From positions 1 to 64,000 of the forward strand of contig JAAILG010001622.1 in the NCBI GenBank assembly GCA_012026655.1: DNA of 64,000 nt. Reading direction: 5' to 3'. The translations under genes and the position numbers were made by a program. The stretch is from Hydrolagus affinis. Taxonomy: Eukaryota. Below, piece by piece: positions 12,137 through 25,148 of the stretch (its first letter is position 1; each line of letters opens with the position of its first letter). A model generated the notes under the pieces. That model did no database searches, had not been told where the DNA came from, and saw only the letters and a list, made by a program, of their open reading frames with translations.

Positions 12137-13569
12137 TGTAATCTCTTATAATCCATAAATCAGCAAGAGCATAATCTTCAACAACAAAATAATGGGTTTA
12201 ATTCCAACAATCTTTCACACTGATAACTCACTATCATTCTTGGCCCTGATAAATCTGCCACCCTTTTCTCACGCATTGTGTCTGCATTATAGTTTCTGAA
12301 ATGTTCTTTCAGAATCTCATCACAAAGAAGCTGGTGCAAAATTAAGAGGATTTCTCTTGCTGCTGATTGCAATAATGCAGCCACTGCAACATTTACAGCT
12401 GCCACAAAACATCAGTTATGTCTTTGAGTGCAATGTGAATTGTAATTGAATGGTGAAGAAAAAAACGAATAGAACACTATCATCGTGTGTGTGGTACGGT
12501 GCCTTTCACACTGTGAAAGCACTGTGAAGCACTCCATGATACGCTTAACTTTAATGTATGTGTAGTGACTGTGTATTCTGTAGGCAAATAGAAATAGTTC
12601 CAACAAATAAGACAATAGCTTACCAGCATCAAACATATAACTATTAACGCAGCATACTTTTAACTTGTACTGAAGTGCCTGATGAACATATTTCCGAGCA
12701 CTTCACTGCAATCACATAACATGCAAATCCCAATTATTCCTTCGTGAGGAAAATATAAATAACAAAGCCACTTCAAACACACCAGTTGCAAATATCCTTG
12801 AGCGCTTTCAGCAGTGTTTTTGCCTAATGCAACTTGATCAAATGCACTGATGCAGACCTCAGTCAATACAAATGTGAACACATGTGTGAGTTTTCATTGA
12901 ATGGGCGCTTGTTGGCATTCAGTTGACATCTGGCAATCTGTGAACAATTTATGCTGTCCAGTCTATAAAATTGCCCTCTGCATGGATCCTGTCAGAGCCA
13001 TCTTGCAGCAAAGAATCTGCTGAGTTTCCGATTTGTTTGAATAACAACAGATTGTATGAAGTAGTTGTTCAGACATCCAATTGATGGAGAATAGGCGTTT
13101 AGGAGCCAAGGGCCTTACTAAGTGCCGTGATTATGGCTGTCTTATCTATGGAATGCATGTGGTGAGAGCTGAAAATGTAGATGGTAAATTAGATGACCTT
13201 GGGGAACACAGAGAGCGAAAAGTAATAAAGCTTCATTTTCTTGGATAATGTTTCCGTACTTCAAGGAATCAAATACATTGACGACATTGACGGTAAAGCA
13301 AGTTGTTCTTGCTGATGGTGAAGCACGCCATTATATAAATGTAAATTGTGCTGTATTATATTATATTGGGATGTCTTGGGATGTCCTTCTGATATGAAAC
13401 GTGCTTACAAATGTAATTTTGTATTGAAATTTTTTATTATATATTGCCTTGCATGCCAATAAATACACCATGCATTCACAGTGTATTGATTTTTGGGAAT
13501 AAGCCATTGCAAGTATAAATTATCAAGTCTGTTAAAGCCAATGGCACATTATGTATTGAAAGGAAACAC

Positions 13570-13745
13570 TTAAAGCTCCAAATGACTTCTTCTCATTCCT
13601 TACTGGCTAAGTATTTGAGGAAGAAGTATGTAAGTTAGTCACAAGGAAATAATAGAAAATTGGGGATATAACCCCACGGAGGAACCAACAGCAGCACAGG
13701 ACAGATGGACCAAATGGCTTCTCTTTGTTCGGTCATTTCTATGAA
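13570..13745 (+). mobile_element. Old CR1 3' UTR remnant
   Basis: cagcacaggacagatggaccaaatggcttctctttg..tttctatga resembles the CR1 terminus. Confidence 0.55.
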
Positions 13746-14603
13746 TTTTTGCTTTAAATCAGACAAGACACAGTCAATGATAGGTTCCAAGTAGCTATGA
13801 TGTGTCTACGTAACACAATAAGTCCAGCACAATTTGACTTTGACAAAGGTATACGTTTCCTTTGTTTAAACAGGAAATCCAGTTAATTCCTTCAGATATC
13901 TCAAGCAATAATTCTCACAGGCTACATATAGTTTCACTACACCATAGTGATGATGTACATACACAATGTTTAAACATAGATTACAGTGTGCAGGACTTGA
14001 CACCTGGTGAACTGAAGAGAACTTAGTCAGCATCACATTACCTCCAAGAAGTGCTGCATAACTGATGCCAGCTCTTTTTTTACACAAGGTTTCATTTGCC
14101 TTAAATATTTAACTTATTTAGCATGGAGCTTCATCGGGTTCTAATGTGCAATTGTGAACATAAATTGAATCCAACATTTGTGGCATTGTTGCTGTTTTCG
14201 GTTTTTACAGTGAATACCAAAGAGTAAATATCTACCATGTTGATGGAAACGGTAATATAAATGGAACATTTGTACAGGCACTGATTCAATCCCCTTATTT
14301 TTTACAGTGTTTGCTTAATAGAAACAATTGATGGAGAAAATATTTGCTTGCCAAGGGAGGTTGCATTTTTTACAATAAAATATAACCATTAATAAGTTCC
14401 AAATTTATCCTCTATTGTATACAAACCAAGTGAGCTATATGTCTCTCTACTGTTACATTTCCTGATCAAATGATAACAAAGGAGTTTATATGGGTGATGT
14501 ATAGTAATACCAAATGATAATTAGAGATAAAAAGAAAGAAATCTTGCGAACACAAGAAATCTGTCATGAAATGAGTGCTGGAAATTCAGAAAAAAATGAG
14601 GTA

Positions 14604-15421
14604 CAGTAAAAGCCTTTTTATTCAGCACCCTTGGGACCTGGCTGCATGCTGGATATTCAGCCAAAAACCCAACACACAATTTAAAAAAAAAAAAAAAATA
14701 CATTTTTTTAAACATACCATATTAATAATACACTAAATAATAAAAGAATATTGTATGGATACTTACCAATAAAGCAATAAATATTGATTACAGTCTATAA
14801 ACACAGCACACAATCAAAGGGGTACTCTCCTTTTATTCTTTCTCTCTTTCACACACACATACACACAGTCAGTCTGGCATCTCAATGGCTCCAAACCCAA
14901 CCCCACTCCACTCCTCTCATTTTCCATTTAAATTAATCAATTCACCCCCTCTCTTTCTCTCTCCCCTCCTCCCTTCTCTCTCTCTTTCACACATACACAG
15001 TCAGTCTGGCATCTCAATGGCTCCAAACCTAACCGCCCCTCTACTCCCCTCATTTTCCATCTAAATGAATCAACTCACCCCCTCTCTCTCTCTCTCCATC
15101 CTCTCCCCCACCTCTCTCTCCCCCTCTCACTCCTCTCTCTTTCTCTCCCCCTCTGTTTCCCTCTGTCCCCCTGCCACCCGCTCTCTCTACCACTCTCTCA
15201 AATCAGGAAGTGCACTACAGCAGCATTCAGAGGTAATCGTAGTGTACTCTGTGAGGGAACAAAACAGCAGTGCCACCTTCAGGCACTAGTAGCTACATTC
15301 CCAAAATACTGATACATTGTGCCGGATAAGATCCGGTTAATCAAATTGGGACCTTTTTTTTGAGGTGCCAGTTATACAGAAGTTACAGTTGATCAGGTCA
15401 CGGATAAACGGGCTTGTACTG
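14604..15421. mobile_element. Non-autonomous pogo/Tigger-like DNA transposon (MITE)
   Basis: TA|CAGTAAAAGCCTTTTTATTCA ... CGGATAAACGGGCTTGTACTG|TA; 16/21 terminal inverted repeat match and TA duplication on both sides. Confidence 0.75.
14845..15100. repeat. Two-copy tandem duplication (132-bp period) with CT/CA low complexity
   Basis: cagtcagtctggcatctcaatggctccaaacc occurs at 14866 and 14998, each followed by cattttccat..aatcaa.tcaccccctctct. Confidence 0.95.
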
Positions 15422-15877
15422 TAATTGTTTTGAAGGTGATTCTCCATCAGAAAAGGAATGATCAAGTTGTACAATTCACTTGAAAGGACAGATGAAAGCA
15501 AATAAATAGAATAATGTACATTATTCTAAATGTACATCAAGCAAATCCTTCCACATACCATCATACACCCTTGCTCTGTAGATTTCACTTCACCCATTCC
15601 ATCTCATTGCGTAACGAAGTTCAAAGGCACTTTCTGATCCCAAAACGAGATAAAGCAAAAATCTTTTGACACCCCGTCAACCTTCACTAGTTAAGCCTTG
15701 CATCCTTCTCTCCACACAAAATCCATACCCTCACCATTTCTCCAGACAGTAAGTGAATCAGTATGTTTGAGGTCAAAATTGTGCATCTCATTTGGATCTA
15801 TCTGTTCAAACTCTAGTGATGTCCCCAAACAGATATTTAGCCATTTATGTTAGAAAATAAATTGATGCTAGTTAAGT

Positions 15878-16055
15878 TGGAAGTTAAATATCCCATGGCA
15901 CTATTTGAAAATGAAAGGGAATCCTTTTTTCCCAGGAAACTGGGAGGAAAGGTTTGGATACCTTTTATCCCAGTATCCTGGGCAACAAACCTCTAAAAGG
16001 TTTGTGGGACATTACTCTGTGAATTTGCCTACAAATACACAGTCACTACACTTTA
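15878..16055 (+). mobile_element. Decayed Deu-domain SINE
   Basis: aaatatcccatggcactatttgaa..tatcctgggcaaca..gtttgtgggacatt..cagtcactacactt. Confidence 0.65.
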
Positions 16056-16337
16056 TATAGATCTTGGCTAAAAAAAAGTCAAGCACAGTAGAAATCAAAG
16101 AATTTTTTAAATTATATTTTGAAAACCGTGATGGCAGCTTTGGTGTGAAGCATCGGGTCCAATAGGAAATATTTATTTTTGCCCTATACAACATTTACTT
16201 AATTTCTGATTTGTTTTATTGTGCTACAAAGTTTTTATTTTCCTAAAAGCTTCAAAGGCACTATTTAAATGCAAAATGATATGGTTTTGGGTGTGACTTA
16301 CCTACCACGTTAGAAGAGAAAGGTTCAGGGAAAGTCA

Positions 16338-16590
16338 AATAATAATCCTTGCATTCGATATAGCACCTTATCACGTTTTTGAGGCATCTCAAAGCCCTTC
16401 ATAGGGCTAATTGACTGTGTATTTTTGTGGGTGAAACACAGCAGCCAGTTTGTGCTCAGTAATGTCTATACAAACAGCCATGGAGTGAGTGACCAATTTT
16501 ATTTGGTGGATTTATTGGCCAGGACAACAGGAGAAACTCCCTTCCCTTTTCCAAAAGTACCAAGGGACAATTTAGACCTCGGTTTTACAT
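16338..16590 (-). mobile_element. Deu-domain SINE
   Basis: aataataatccttgcattcgatatagcacc tail; attggccaggacaacaggagaaactccc..gacctcggtttt Deu segment. Confidence 0.8.
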
Positions 16591-17949
16591 TACAAACCTG
16601 GTGAAGATGGGAAAATTTACATTGAGAAAAAAAAGGAAAACAGCAACAGTAAAAAGAAGCTACTTTGGAACTCTAATACCACCATCCCCTATATAAGGAT
16701 ATTGATCATGGCATAAGATGGGGATCAGAACAACAAAGACGGGACTATTATGCCATCTTATGCAGTCAGTTTCTCTATAGATGAGACTTCAGACCAGATT
16801 GTTGAATATTAATTTAGGAACTAATGATTTCAATAGCTTTTACCACCTTTGACTTTCTATCACACCAACTCATCATATTACTATTATTAGAGTGATATTT
16901 AAATGAACAGAATTAGAACAAGTTACAGACAAAATAAGGACAAGAAAAATTACAAACTTTGAAGGTAAAATGAGGTCTCAAGCATTGTAAAAAACAAACT
17001 AGACATCATCTCAGACCAATACTCCACCACAAAATCAATTAAGAACATTTAAAAACAATTGCATTAATTCAGATGGACAGACAAACAGATTAGAAATGTC
17101 CTCAGCTCCTTTATATATCCGAGAATTCTGTATTATGACTTTTGGCCTTTTAAATTTATGCTTCTTTAATTGTTTATGTTAAAATGAGTTTATATTATTG
17201 TAGCTGTTTGTGGGACATTAAGTGCGCAAAGATGCGACCCCACATAAAGGACACTACAAAAATGCAAGTTGTCATTGCTGTGCAAACATTGATTACCATG
17301 TACAGTTAAAAAATATCTTTTTTTACAGACAAGTGACAACATGATAGCATGCTATTTAAAATACACGGATTATTATTCTAATATTCTAAATTTGAAATGA
17401 TTCAGGTAGGTTATGGGATTACGTGACTTTTTATGCTTAAGATCAATCAATTATTTCAGCCAACTGCTGTATTACGCAAAATGTATTTTTACAACATTCT
17501 ACCATTGTTCTTTCACATTTTCTCTTTGAAAAATTGTAACAAAAAACCTGCAAATATATATTTGAACAATTGCATGAGTGGGATCCTGTGTCATGGATGA
17601 ATGGCTAGCAGGCTGCGGCTTTCGTTTGTACAGGAAGGGTGCCAATACAGTAGAAAACTCAGCAGTTTGAACACTGCGAGGACATTCATTCCGTTATTGT
17701 AAAGATAATAGGAACCCATAGAACCTCTATGGACTTTACAGTTCGAGCAAACCCTTTGTAGCATTTTGTGAACAAATTATTGTTGACATGCAGCAGTACC
17801 CACTTGCTTTCATATGGATCTAATTTGTGGTATTTTGTTACCATATTTCATATTCTGGAATCCATTGTTAGACAACGGGGATTTCTGCTGGTAACTAGAA
17901 GTATGTAATTCTGACCTGTGAAAATTCTGCTCTGATTTGAAGCACATAC

Positions 17950-18230
17950 AGACTTTTTTTGGTCAGCAGGGATTCTGACACATGTGAAAACCCATTACCA
18001 TGCTTAAGAATATCCAAACCAGATGAGATTTATATATATGTATGCCTCTATGAATTGATATTTGCCTGTGTCTGGAATATCATGTACATTCTCTTCCCTT
18101 ATGCATTAAATTGCAGAGAGTGTCAGTCTCAGATTGGCAAGGACCAAAGCTTAAGTACCCCAGAGTGTGTGTTGGGGTGTTGCTTGAGTTTAATCAGCTC
18201 AAACCAGGTAGTTTCCCATTGAAAGTTGGA
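17950..18230 (+). mobile_element. Decayed interspersed repeat, copy 1 (probable I-group LINE RT)
   Basis: ttggtcagc..aaacccattaccatgcttaagaat and ccagagtgtg..ttggg blocks shared with 28225 and 35205. Confidence 0.6.
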
Positions 18231-19199
18231 CTGGAGATACCAAAGATCTTGACAGGGATTCTAATCCCTTTGAGAACAGCATAAATCGCCCTGTTTGGAA
18301 TTTGAAATGCTGACTAAAACTATGGGAATACATGTAAAATTAATGGACAGATGACAATTAAAAATATAAAACTTTACTTTTATAAGGTAAGATCCAACAT
18401 TTTTCAGCAATAATTGCTGCATGTGACAACTAAAAATGTCTAATTTGTATGAAAAATGGCCATTATCTCTTCCACTTGTTAGCAATAATCGGTTAAATTG
18501 AGTGCATTAGACTAAATTGCCTTAATGAGTTTTCTCTCTGCTGTACACATGTTTTCGAGCAAGCTATGAAGTAATATATCGTGTGTTCTGAACAATTTGT
18601 GTATATTAAGTTCAATTTAAGTAGAATATTCATACCCTAGAGTCTTAATAATATTTGTGCGGCCAGAAAATGCTAAAGTGTGAGCTTCATCTCTTGTCTT
18701 GGTCAACGATCTCCCAGGAAACTTGGTCATTCACTTCATGGCTATTTGCAGGACATTGCTGCGTGCAATTACCTGCTACTTCCACCCACCATTATACAAT
18801 AACTTGCATGTTATAGCACCCTGCGTACAGGTAACATCTTGCGGTTTTGACTGTGGCGTGCTTTGAATGCCGAACAGAAGTGTGATTTTATATAGTTAAT
18901 ACACTTTGCAATAAAATCCTTTGAAGCAGTTTGTGATGTTTTCATGCAAAGGTGCTATATTAATATGCAAGCAATCTCTTAGTGCTGTAAGAATCCTGCG
19001 CAAAATGGGTTTGAGCAAACACCTTAGCTTAATTTCTTAGGCTCTGGTCACCAACCAAAAAGGTCACAACCTATTATTAAATAATCAGTGATCTTATAAA
19101 GAGGGCTTATCTGCTTCCATGTCGAGAAAGAACAGTGTACAATTCAGGTCTCTATTTCGGTAAACAAATTATGTCATTCAAAATGATACAGCAAAGGAC

Positions 19200-19462
19200 A
19201 ATTGAATTAATTGTGGCTAGAATTAGGCACTTCAGTTATGAATTATGAGGACAGGTCACAGAATTTGAAAATGTTATCACCAGTGAGAGGGAAGACCCAA
19301 GGAGAGCTGAGGGAAGTGTTCAAGATCTTAAAAGATGCAGACATTCTGAGTCTTAATTAAAAGGTTTAATATGGGGATCAGAATAAGAAATTTATACAAC
19401 AACAACAACAACAACAACTTTGGTTTATATAGGGCCCTCCACGCCGGATGGCGTCTCAGAGC
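19200..19462. mobile_element. CR1 ORF2 remnant (+, ~19200-19390) abutting an L2 type A tail (-, 19397-19462)
   Basis: tatgaggacagg..gagctgagggaagtgttcaagatcttaaaag (YEDR..EVFKILK); (caa)n tttggtttatatagggccctccacgccggatggcgtctcagagc. Confidence 0.65.
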
Positions 19463-19889
19463 ATTATAATGTAATCATCAGGAATGTAATCAGATAAGCC
19501 AAAGGCAGGCATACTCCTCCCTGATTGTTCTCATCACCGATAACCATGAATCTCCACCATGGATTTGACTAATGCCTTACAGGTTGCAGACATATGAAGA
19601 CATTTCTCTGGTATTTTTTCAGTCCTACATATCACTATGCTTTTTAGTCTTGTGTGGGTTTGGCATAGTTTGGAAACAGAGGGTTTCTCGTACTCTTGCA
19701 TGAACAATTTCCTCTTATTTTAAGTCAATGAAGGGGCAATAACACTCAGTAGCATTCCAGCCTTCTGATGGGCTGAGGGGTTTCTTCATCCAAACGCATT
19801 TTGTGATCTTGTGAGGTTCTTTTCTGAGGTTTAACACTAATACTATCCCTGTGGGCCTTCACCCATCAAAACGAACTTGATTCAGCAGA

Positions 19890-20250
19890 AGGCATCAATT
19901 GACTCAATTGGTTGTCCCTTGCCTCTGGGTCTGAAGGTTATTAGTTCAAGTTCCATGTTTGGACTTTGAGTACCAGGCTGATATATCAGTGCATTCCTGC
20001 CTATGTGCTGCAGTATCACAGGTGTCTTCCTTTAAATGAAATGTTAAACCGAGATCCTGTCTTTCTGTTCATTAAAGATGTGGGTGCTAATTGCAAACAG
20101 TCATTCATGGCCAGCAAACCTCCAGATAAGATTCATCAGTCATCTTCATGGCTGTTTATAGGACACTGCTGTTCGAAATTAGTTGGTGCATTTGCCTCTT
20201 AATGCATAATCACAACACTGCATAGAGAAGCTTAGAAATCTAATAGGCAA
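19890..20250 (+). mobile_element. Deu-domain SINE with decayed tRNA head
   Basis: tgactcaattggt..ttgcctctgggtctgaaggtt..agttcaagttcc head; atgaaatgttaaaccgagatcctgtct Deu motif. Confidence 0.75.
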
Positions 20251-20257
20251 TACATCA

Positions 20258-20600
20258 AATAATAATAATCCATGCATTTGATAAAATACTTTACACGTCA
20301 GCAGTCCTTCACGAGAATCACTATCAAGTCGATCAAGGGGCACATTTTGCCTACAACGATATAGTCAATTAACTTTACAGTATATTCTGTGAAGCTCTTT
20401 AAGATGTCCAGAAGACGTGAAAAGTGCTATATCAAATGCAAGGATTATTATTATTATTAAAGTGTATTGATTGTTTATTTTGGTGATGAAACTGACAGCC
20501 AATTTTGCATACAACAAAGTCCCACAAACAGCTGTGAATTCCATTTCACCTGGGGTGTTGTTGCCCAAGGCACTGGGAACAAGAAACTCCCTTCACAGAC
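20258..20600. mobile_element. Minus-strand SINE interrupted by a plus-strand SINE tail (~20340-20460)
   Basis: Reverse tail at 20258, forward tail ending gcaaggattattattattattaa at 20460, reverse core resumes at 20461. Confidence 0.7.
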
Positions 20601-20649
20601 GATGATTATAATTTAGGATAATTTTTAACTGGATCTAGTTTGAACTGGA

Positions 20650-21156
20650 TCCCAAACTCTGAAGCTCATGTCCTCTCCCGCACCAGGCTCTGTGACCTCA
20701 TCAACCCTACTGTCAACCGGCTCCACTGAATTCCCATCCCTAGAGGATAGAATTTAAGATACTCTTCCTCACTTTCAAGGGCCTCAACAGCCTTGTCCTC
20801 TCCTACCTCTCTGACCTGCTGAAACCCTATCAACCTGTCGGCTCCTTCCTTTCAGCAAACCCAATCCACCCTACCAGCAGTGGATGGATTTTCAGCCTCT
20901 CTGCCCCACTCTTTGGAATTCTATCCCCAAAATCCATTCACCTTGTTCCCTCCCTTGCCTCTTTCAAGGCCTGACTCAGGACGCTCATTTTCGACCATGC
21001 CTTTAGCCTCCCCCTACCCTCCCTCATCCAAACCCTGCCCCCCACCGCCCAACACCCTTGCTTATGTCCTGACACCTGACTGTTCAGCACATTAGGATAT
21101 CCTCCCGACGTGAAAGGCGCTCTACAAATGTCATTTTGTTGTTACTGTTGTTGTTT
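20650..21156 (+). mobile_element. L2 3' fragment (tail type B)
   Basis: RLH*IPI..IEFKIL-type coding remnant; tail ggatatcctcccgacgtgaaaggcgctctacaaatgtcattttgttgtt. Confidence 0.9.
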
Positions 21157-22309
21157 TAATAATGCCAGTGGGCCTTTTTTATTCTTTCCTGACATAAAAT
21201 AAATAGCACGTGGAGAGAACTGTTTTGTTGATGTACTACAAAACTCCAAAGAGTGACAAACTATCCATCATAATTAAGATGATATGTGAGCTTGGTTAGG
21301 AAAATATTTGGAAGATGTATGGTGCAAAGAAGGTTGAAAAAGAAGCTGATTACCCAGAGTGTGAACTCAAATTGGATGGGACTCATTCACAATAACCTTC
21401 AGAAACTGCATTTATTGGTCCCAGTTCCTTAATATAGGTTGGCAACATCTCAACTGAATTTACCGTCCTATGAATGAACAGAAAATGTAGTTGGGAAGGC
21501 ATTTCTTTCTGAAACCATTGCAAGTTCCTTCTTGACATATTGATCCAAATTAACTTGATTTCTCTCGGCGTGTAAGTGCATCTATGCATTAGATCCTAAC
21601 ACCTCTGGTATATTATTGATTTTGTTTTCATGTTCTTTAGTAACTGTGTTCAAGGACAACAAGGGCAATTATAGCTTAGCAACTTAGTCACTGTGATTGT
21701 CATAATGTCCTGACAGTAAAACACTTGTGTAACATTTTAATACCTCATTACTTCTCTGCATAGTTCAAAACTTAATCAGGATTAACGCTCCATGCAAAAG
21801 AGACTGCTCGATGTATTTAAAAAACCATTACCTCTTCCACCAGTGCCTTTTAGCTTCTGATTTATAAAAGCATATTGGTCATGGAGCAGGTGCATTTATT
21901 CAGTACACTTTTGGCAGATTAAGTAATTACCTGTCATTAAAATTAGGAAATCGTTCAATTTTTAACATGGTTATCTGGGTCACAACGATGGGACTATTTG
22001 TTTTGTTAAAGTTATGCAAATACAGATGCATCCACATTACATAGGGATCACCTCTTTTTTCAATTTACATTAACCCATTCAGCCTTGCATAGAACTGAAT
22101 GCTGCACACACTTATTAAAACAAAAATTGTTGTTGACGGAAATTGAATTGCAGCTGATCAATTTGATTTAATGACTATCTGTGTCATCATGCATTGCTTT
22201 TTGCACAAATTAATTTTGATAATTTCATCGGCAACATTGAACTAAGTTTTAAAAGTGCATGCTTTCACGTAGAGATAACAGGCATAAACTGTGATGAAGG
22301 ACATAAATC

Positions 22310-22835
22310 AGATAACAGCATTAGTTCAGATAAAAAATCTAAAGAGCCCTTCTGTCCATTTTATCTTACCCCTCCATAATTCCCATCCAGCTAACTTTCA
22401 TCACTGAATCAAGTTGTTTTGTTTAAATTATCAGTTATTTTGTCCAGTGTCCTAGCCTCAACTACCCTCCCCAGGTAACCTCTTACTTCCTGATATCTAT
22501 CTTAAAATTGCCCTTTTCATATCCAATTAAAATTTGATACACCTCCATAAAGTCCACTCTTAATCATCTCCTTTCAAGAATGGACAGTCCTAGCTTATCT
22601 CATCATTGCTCATAGATCATTCCTCAACCAATAATGTACAATATGTTCAATAATGTATTCCAGTTGTGGCCTGATCAGAGCATTTGGGTAGCTTGAGTAT
22701 TGACTTCTAGAGACCTGAACTTAACTTAGTTGGCAATATGGCCCAACAACCTACTTGCTTTGTTTATTGCTTCCCCAACAACAACAACATTACATTTGTT
22801 TAGTGCCTTTCACGTTGGGAGGATGTCCCAAAGAG
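22310..22835 (-). mobile_element. Old CR1 ORF2 end/3' UTR (~22310-22775) plus L2 type B tail (22776-22835)
   Basis: tattccagttgtggcctgatcagagc is the reverse of ALIRPQLEY; (caa)n cattacatttgtttagtgcctttcacgttgggaggatgtccc. Confidence 0.7.
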
Positions 22836-23047
22836 CTGGTGCAGAACTCACTTCCCACATACGAGCAGTAGTGGTCTGGTTGACAGATGTGAGGTACTCC
22901 ATGGATGCGATAGAACTTGTAATTTTGTATTGTATTGTGTGGTTTAAGAGGGTGTTACATTTTTAACCCAGAAGTTTTCTTCTAGCTCACCAGTAAAATA
23001 GCAGTTAAATTGTGAAATCAAATCCCCTTTAATTCATTGTATTTCAG

Positions 23048-23113
23048 GAACTAACAAGAAGCTACCAGACTGGTGACAAAACACTGCTGTGACCTACAAA
23101 AAGCTTCTACCAG
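23048..23113 (+). other. Candidate 66-bp non-coding exon
   Basis: ttcattgtatttcag| acceptor and cag|gtaaat donor; stop codons in all three frames. Confidence 0.2.
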
Positions 23114-25148
23114 GTAAATGGAAAATATTGCTGCTTTTCACTGTATTTAAATTATCAAACCGAAAACGGTGTGAGAATTGCATATTGAGATCATTTTCCC
23201 ACAGATTAAATAGACGTTGGACTCAATGTTAAATTCAGAATTGCATCCACTGTCGAATTTAGCCAGAAGCAAAGACAGCTTTGTTGTCTTCTATACTCTG
23301 CACAGACAGCCAACCTTGGTTTTACCCATTAAAAAAAAGGCACCATCCTGCAGTGTTGCAGTGATCCATCTAATTGCTCAGCTGACAAATTGTGATGTAA
23401 GCTCCCGACCATAACAGATGAACTGCAGTGTTGAGCAGCCCTGAGGCTTCAACCTGTAACCTGTTATTTGGGCAGCAGGTGCTTTAGTTACCAAAGGTAA
23501 TTTTAAATATTGCCAGAGTCTCATTGGAGTGCATTTCACTTAACTGTGTCATTTTCTACAAGTTTGTTTTGCCTGTGAGAGCGATATTTGAGCACACTGA
23601 GGAGCATGGAAGGAACGTCTGCCATTAAGGCAAGAGAAACTGATAGACTGGATCAAAGATGAGCAGTGAAAGAACTTGTCAGCCAGACATGTCTGGTTGA
23701 ATCTGTGGTGCCTGAAGTATTACTGTGTATTCTTATGTTGGACAAAACTAGCATCCAATATTCCCTTACAAAGATTCAAGGTGAGACATGGATGGAATTT
23801 ACAAGACAACCAGAGGAAGTACAGAGAACAGATTTTCCACAATTACTGCCGCAATAAGTATATCTAGCAATGACCTAGAAATAAACCTCAAAACATAAAA
23901 CTATTATTATGCATTGTTTACTAAAACAATCAAAATTTCACACGCAAAATGTTTTCATTTTAAGAGGAGAAATTCAAGATCTTTCACAATACTTTGACGT
24001 TTTCGCAAAACTTCTTCACAGGACTGATCTTCACAACGTGTAGCTAATGATAGAGACAGGAAGTTTGTGTCCCTGGGAAAGGCTGGAGGCACGCAGAGCA
24101 GAGAACACAACCTTAAAATAATACATGAGAGGATATCACTGTTACCTGTAAAAACTGAAAAAACCTGTGAAAGGGAGGATTGTGTTTGAAACATAGAGGG
24201 AAAAATGCTTTGTTGCAGGATTATTACATCAAATTAGATATGCTGAATCACATTTTTCACCAAGCAATAATATTTTGCATGTAATTTGTTGCAGAAATGT
24301 TGTTAGAGTCATCATTAATCACTGATTTTCAATGTTGTATTGAATGTTGCAATTTTCACAAAAGGGGACACGTGTTGCTGAGGCCAGCTTGAAGTTTTCA
24401 GTGGTGAGAAGAGTCACAGAAAATACTTTTGTGATCACGAATGATGCGACATCAGAAAAGAGAATTTCAATTGGATGAGCACTTTTTTCAGACAAGTCAT
24501 TCCATGCCTTTGTGACATTGCACTACTTTAGTGAGTTGGGTAGTATTTAAAGTAATAAATTTTGACCATTGACCAATAACAAAATTAGCATGTGTAAAGG
24601 TGTGATTGGCAGTTGCAAATACACTGTACACAGTGTGGATGTCCTGAATAGTGAAACACTTCAACAGAAATTATCCTTCATGGTCTTCACTTCATGAAAG
24701 AGGCTTCTAAAGAGATAGTGATGGAATATTCAATCTCTTTTGAAACTTGCATGTGAATAATATATGCACTGTAACCAGAATGCACTAATATGGTACTAGC
24801 TCTATCTATTGGAAGGCTGAAATAGATTAGATTTTATAAATGACCATGGATGAAATCTGCTTTTTTTTAATTCTGTTTAAATATCCAGTTTCTCATTTTC
24901 CAAGTAGTTGTGTCACAGAGTGAATTAATTTATCATTTCATTTTTCTTTGTAAAAGCTGATAGTTGTATTTTAGTCCAGGTGAATTGTCTGTTTGATTCC
25001 AATGAAAAAAAGTGGGCTAATCTAAGTGGGCATTATGCACTACTAGTTCTCCGAGTTGTTGGTCTTGGATACCTGTGCATGAACTCTGTGGAATTAGGTG
25101 AGCAAAGATTTGTCCATATGGGAAGAAAGTGTATATTCTCTGTGAGAT

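Noticed and set aside
17647-17670. TA-CAGTAGAAAACTC as a Tigger-like terminus (similarly tacagtaccctct near 41918)
   Set aside because: No matching inverted partner found
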